Of a stretch of 64,000 nucleotides of DNA, positions 63,850-64,000 are shown in pieces; position 1 is the first letter of the stretch; each line of letters begins with the position of its first letter. The translations under genes and the position numbers were made by a program. The notes below the pieces were generated by a model. That model had not been told where the DNA came from and searched no databases. It saw only the letters and a list, made by a program, of their open reading frames with translations. This DNA comes from Zootoca vivipara (lineage: Eukaryota), in assembly GCF_963506605.1 (NCBI RefSeq), contig NC_083291.1, forward strand, positions 38,254,001 to 38,318,000. The letters run 5' to 3'.

Positions 63850-64000
63850 CAATGCGCGTTCGCAAGGGAGGCCCCCTTCCTCGAAAGCGGGCTCGGGGAG
63901 ACAGGCGACTGGCAAGGGGCCCAAGCGCTCCCTTCTCCCGCCCGGCTCCGCCTCCGCCCTCCTCGGAGCTCGCCGGCTAGACCCGGGAGCGAGCGGGGCG
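63850..64000. promoter_or_regulatory. Edge of a CpG island, probably the promoter of the next (unidentified) gene
   Basis: Sharp rise in GC and CpG content with GC boxes at the window end. Confidence 0.55.

Noticed and set aside
59000-64000. DNASE1L1 or RPL10 exons expected from synteny
   Set aside because: No DNase I or RPL10 motifs recognised in any frame.

Overview
Vertebrate genomic DNA, very probably a lacertid-type lizard (inferred from Sauria SINEs, CR1/L2 fragments and squamate-type MITEs). It is syntenic with the mammalian Xq28 TAFAZZIN-ATP6AP1-GDI1 cluster. Four known genes were reconstructed exon by exon on the minus strand: GDI1 (11 exons, 447 aa), ATP6AP1 (10 exons, 453 aa), LAGE3/Pcc1 (3 exons, 98 aa, not recoverable from the ORF track, first intron U12-like) and TAFAZZIN (10 coding exons, 262 aa, plus a probable non-coding first exon). 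Head-to-head with TAFAZZIN, where mammals have DNASE1L1, is an intact two-exon 661-aa Tol2-like hAT transposase gene. It has a BED finger, keeps the DDE triad, has altered CxxH and RW motifs, and shows no recognisable TIRs. It is the best candidate for an undescribed domesticated gene. Between TAFAZZIN and LAGE3 lies a dense run of about 15 small exon-like segments with canonical splice sites and no homologue I recognise (orphan gene, pseudogene or lncRNA). The rest is repeats: hAT MITEs with 8-bp TSDs, Tigger-like MITEs, non-autonomous Helitrons, a solo LTR, SINEs, LINE fragments and microsatellites. All coordinates were counted by hand and no database searches were run.
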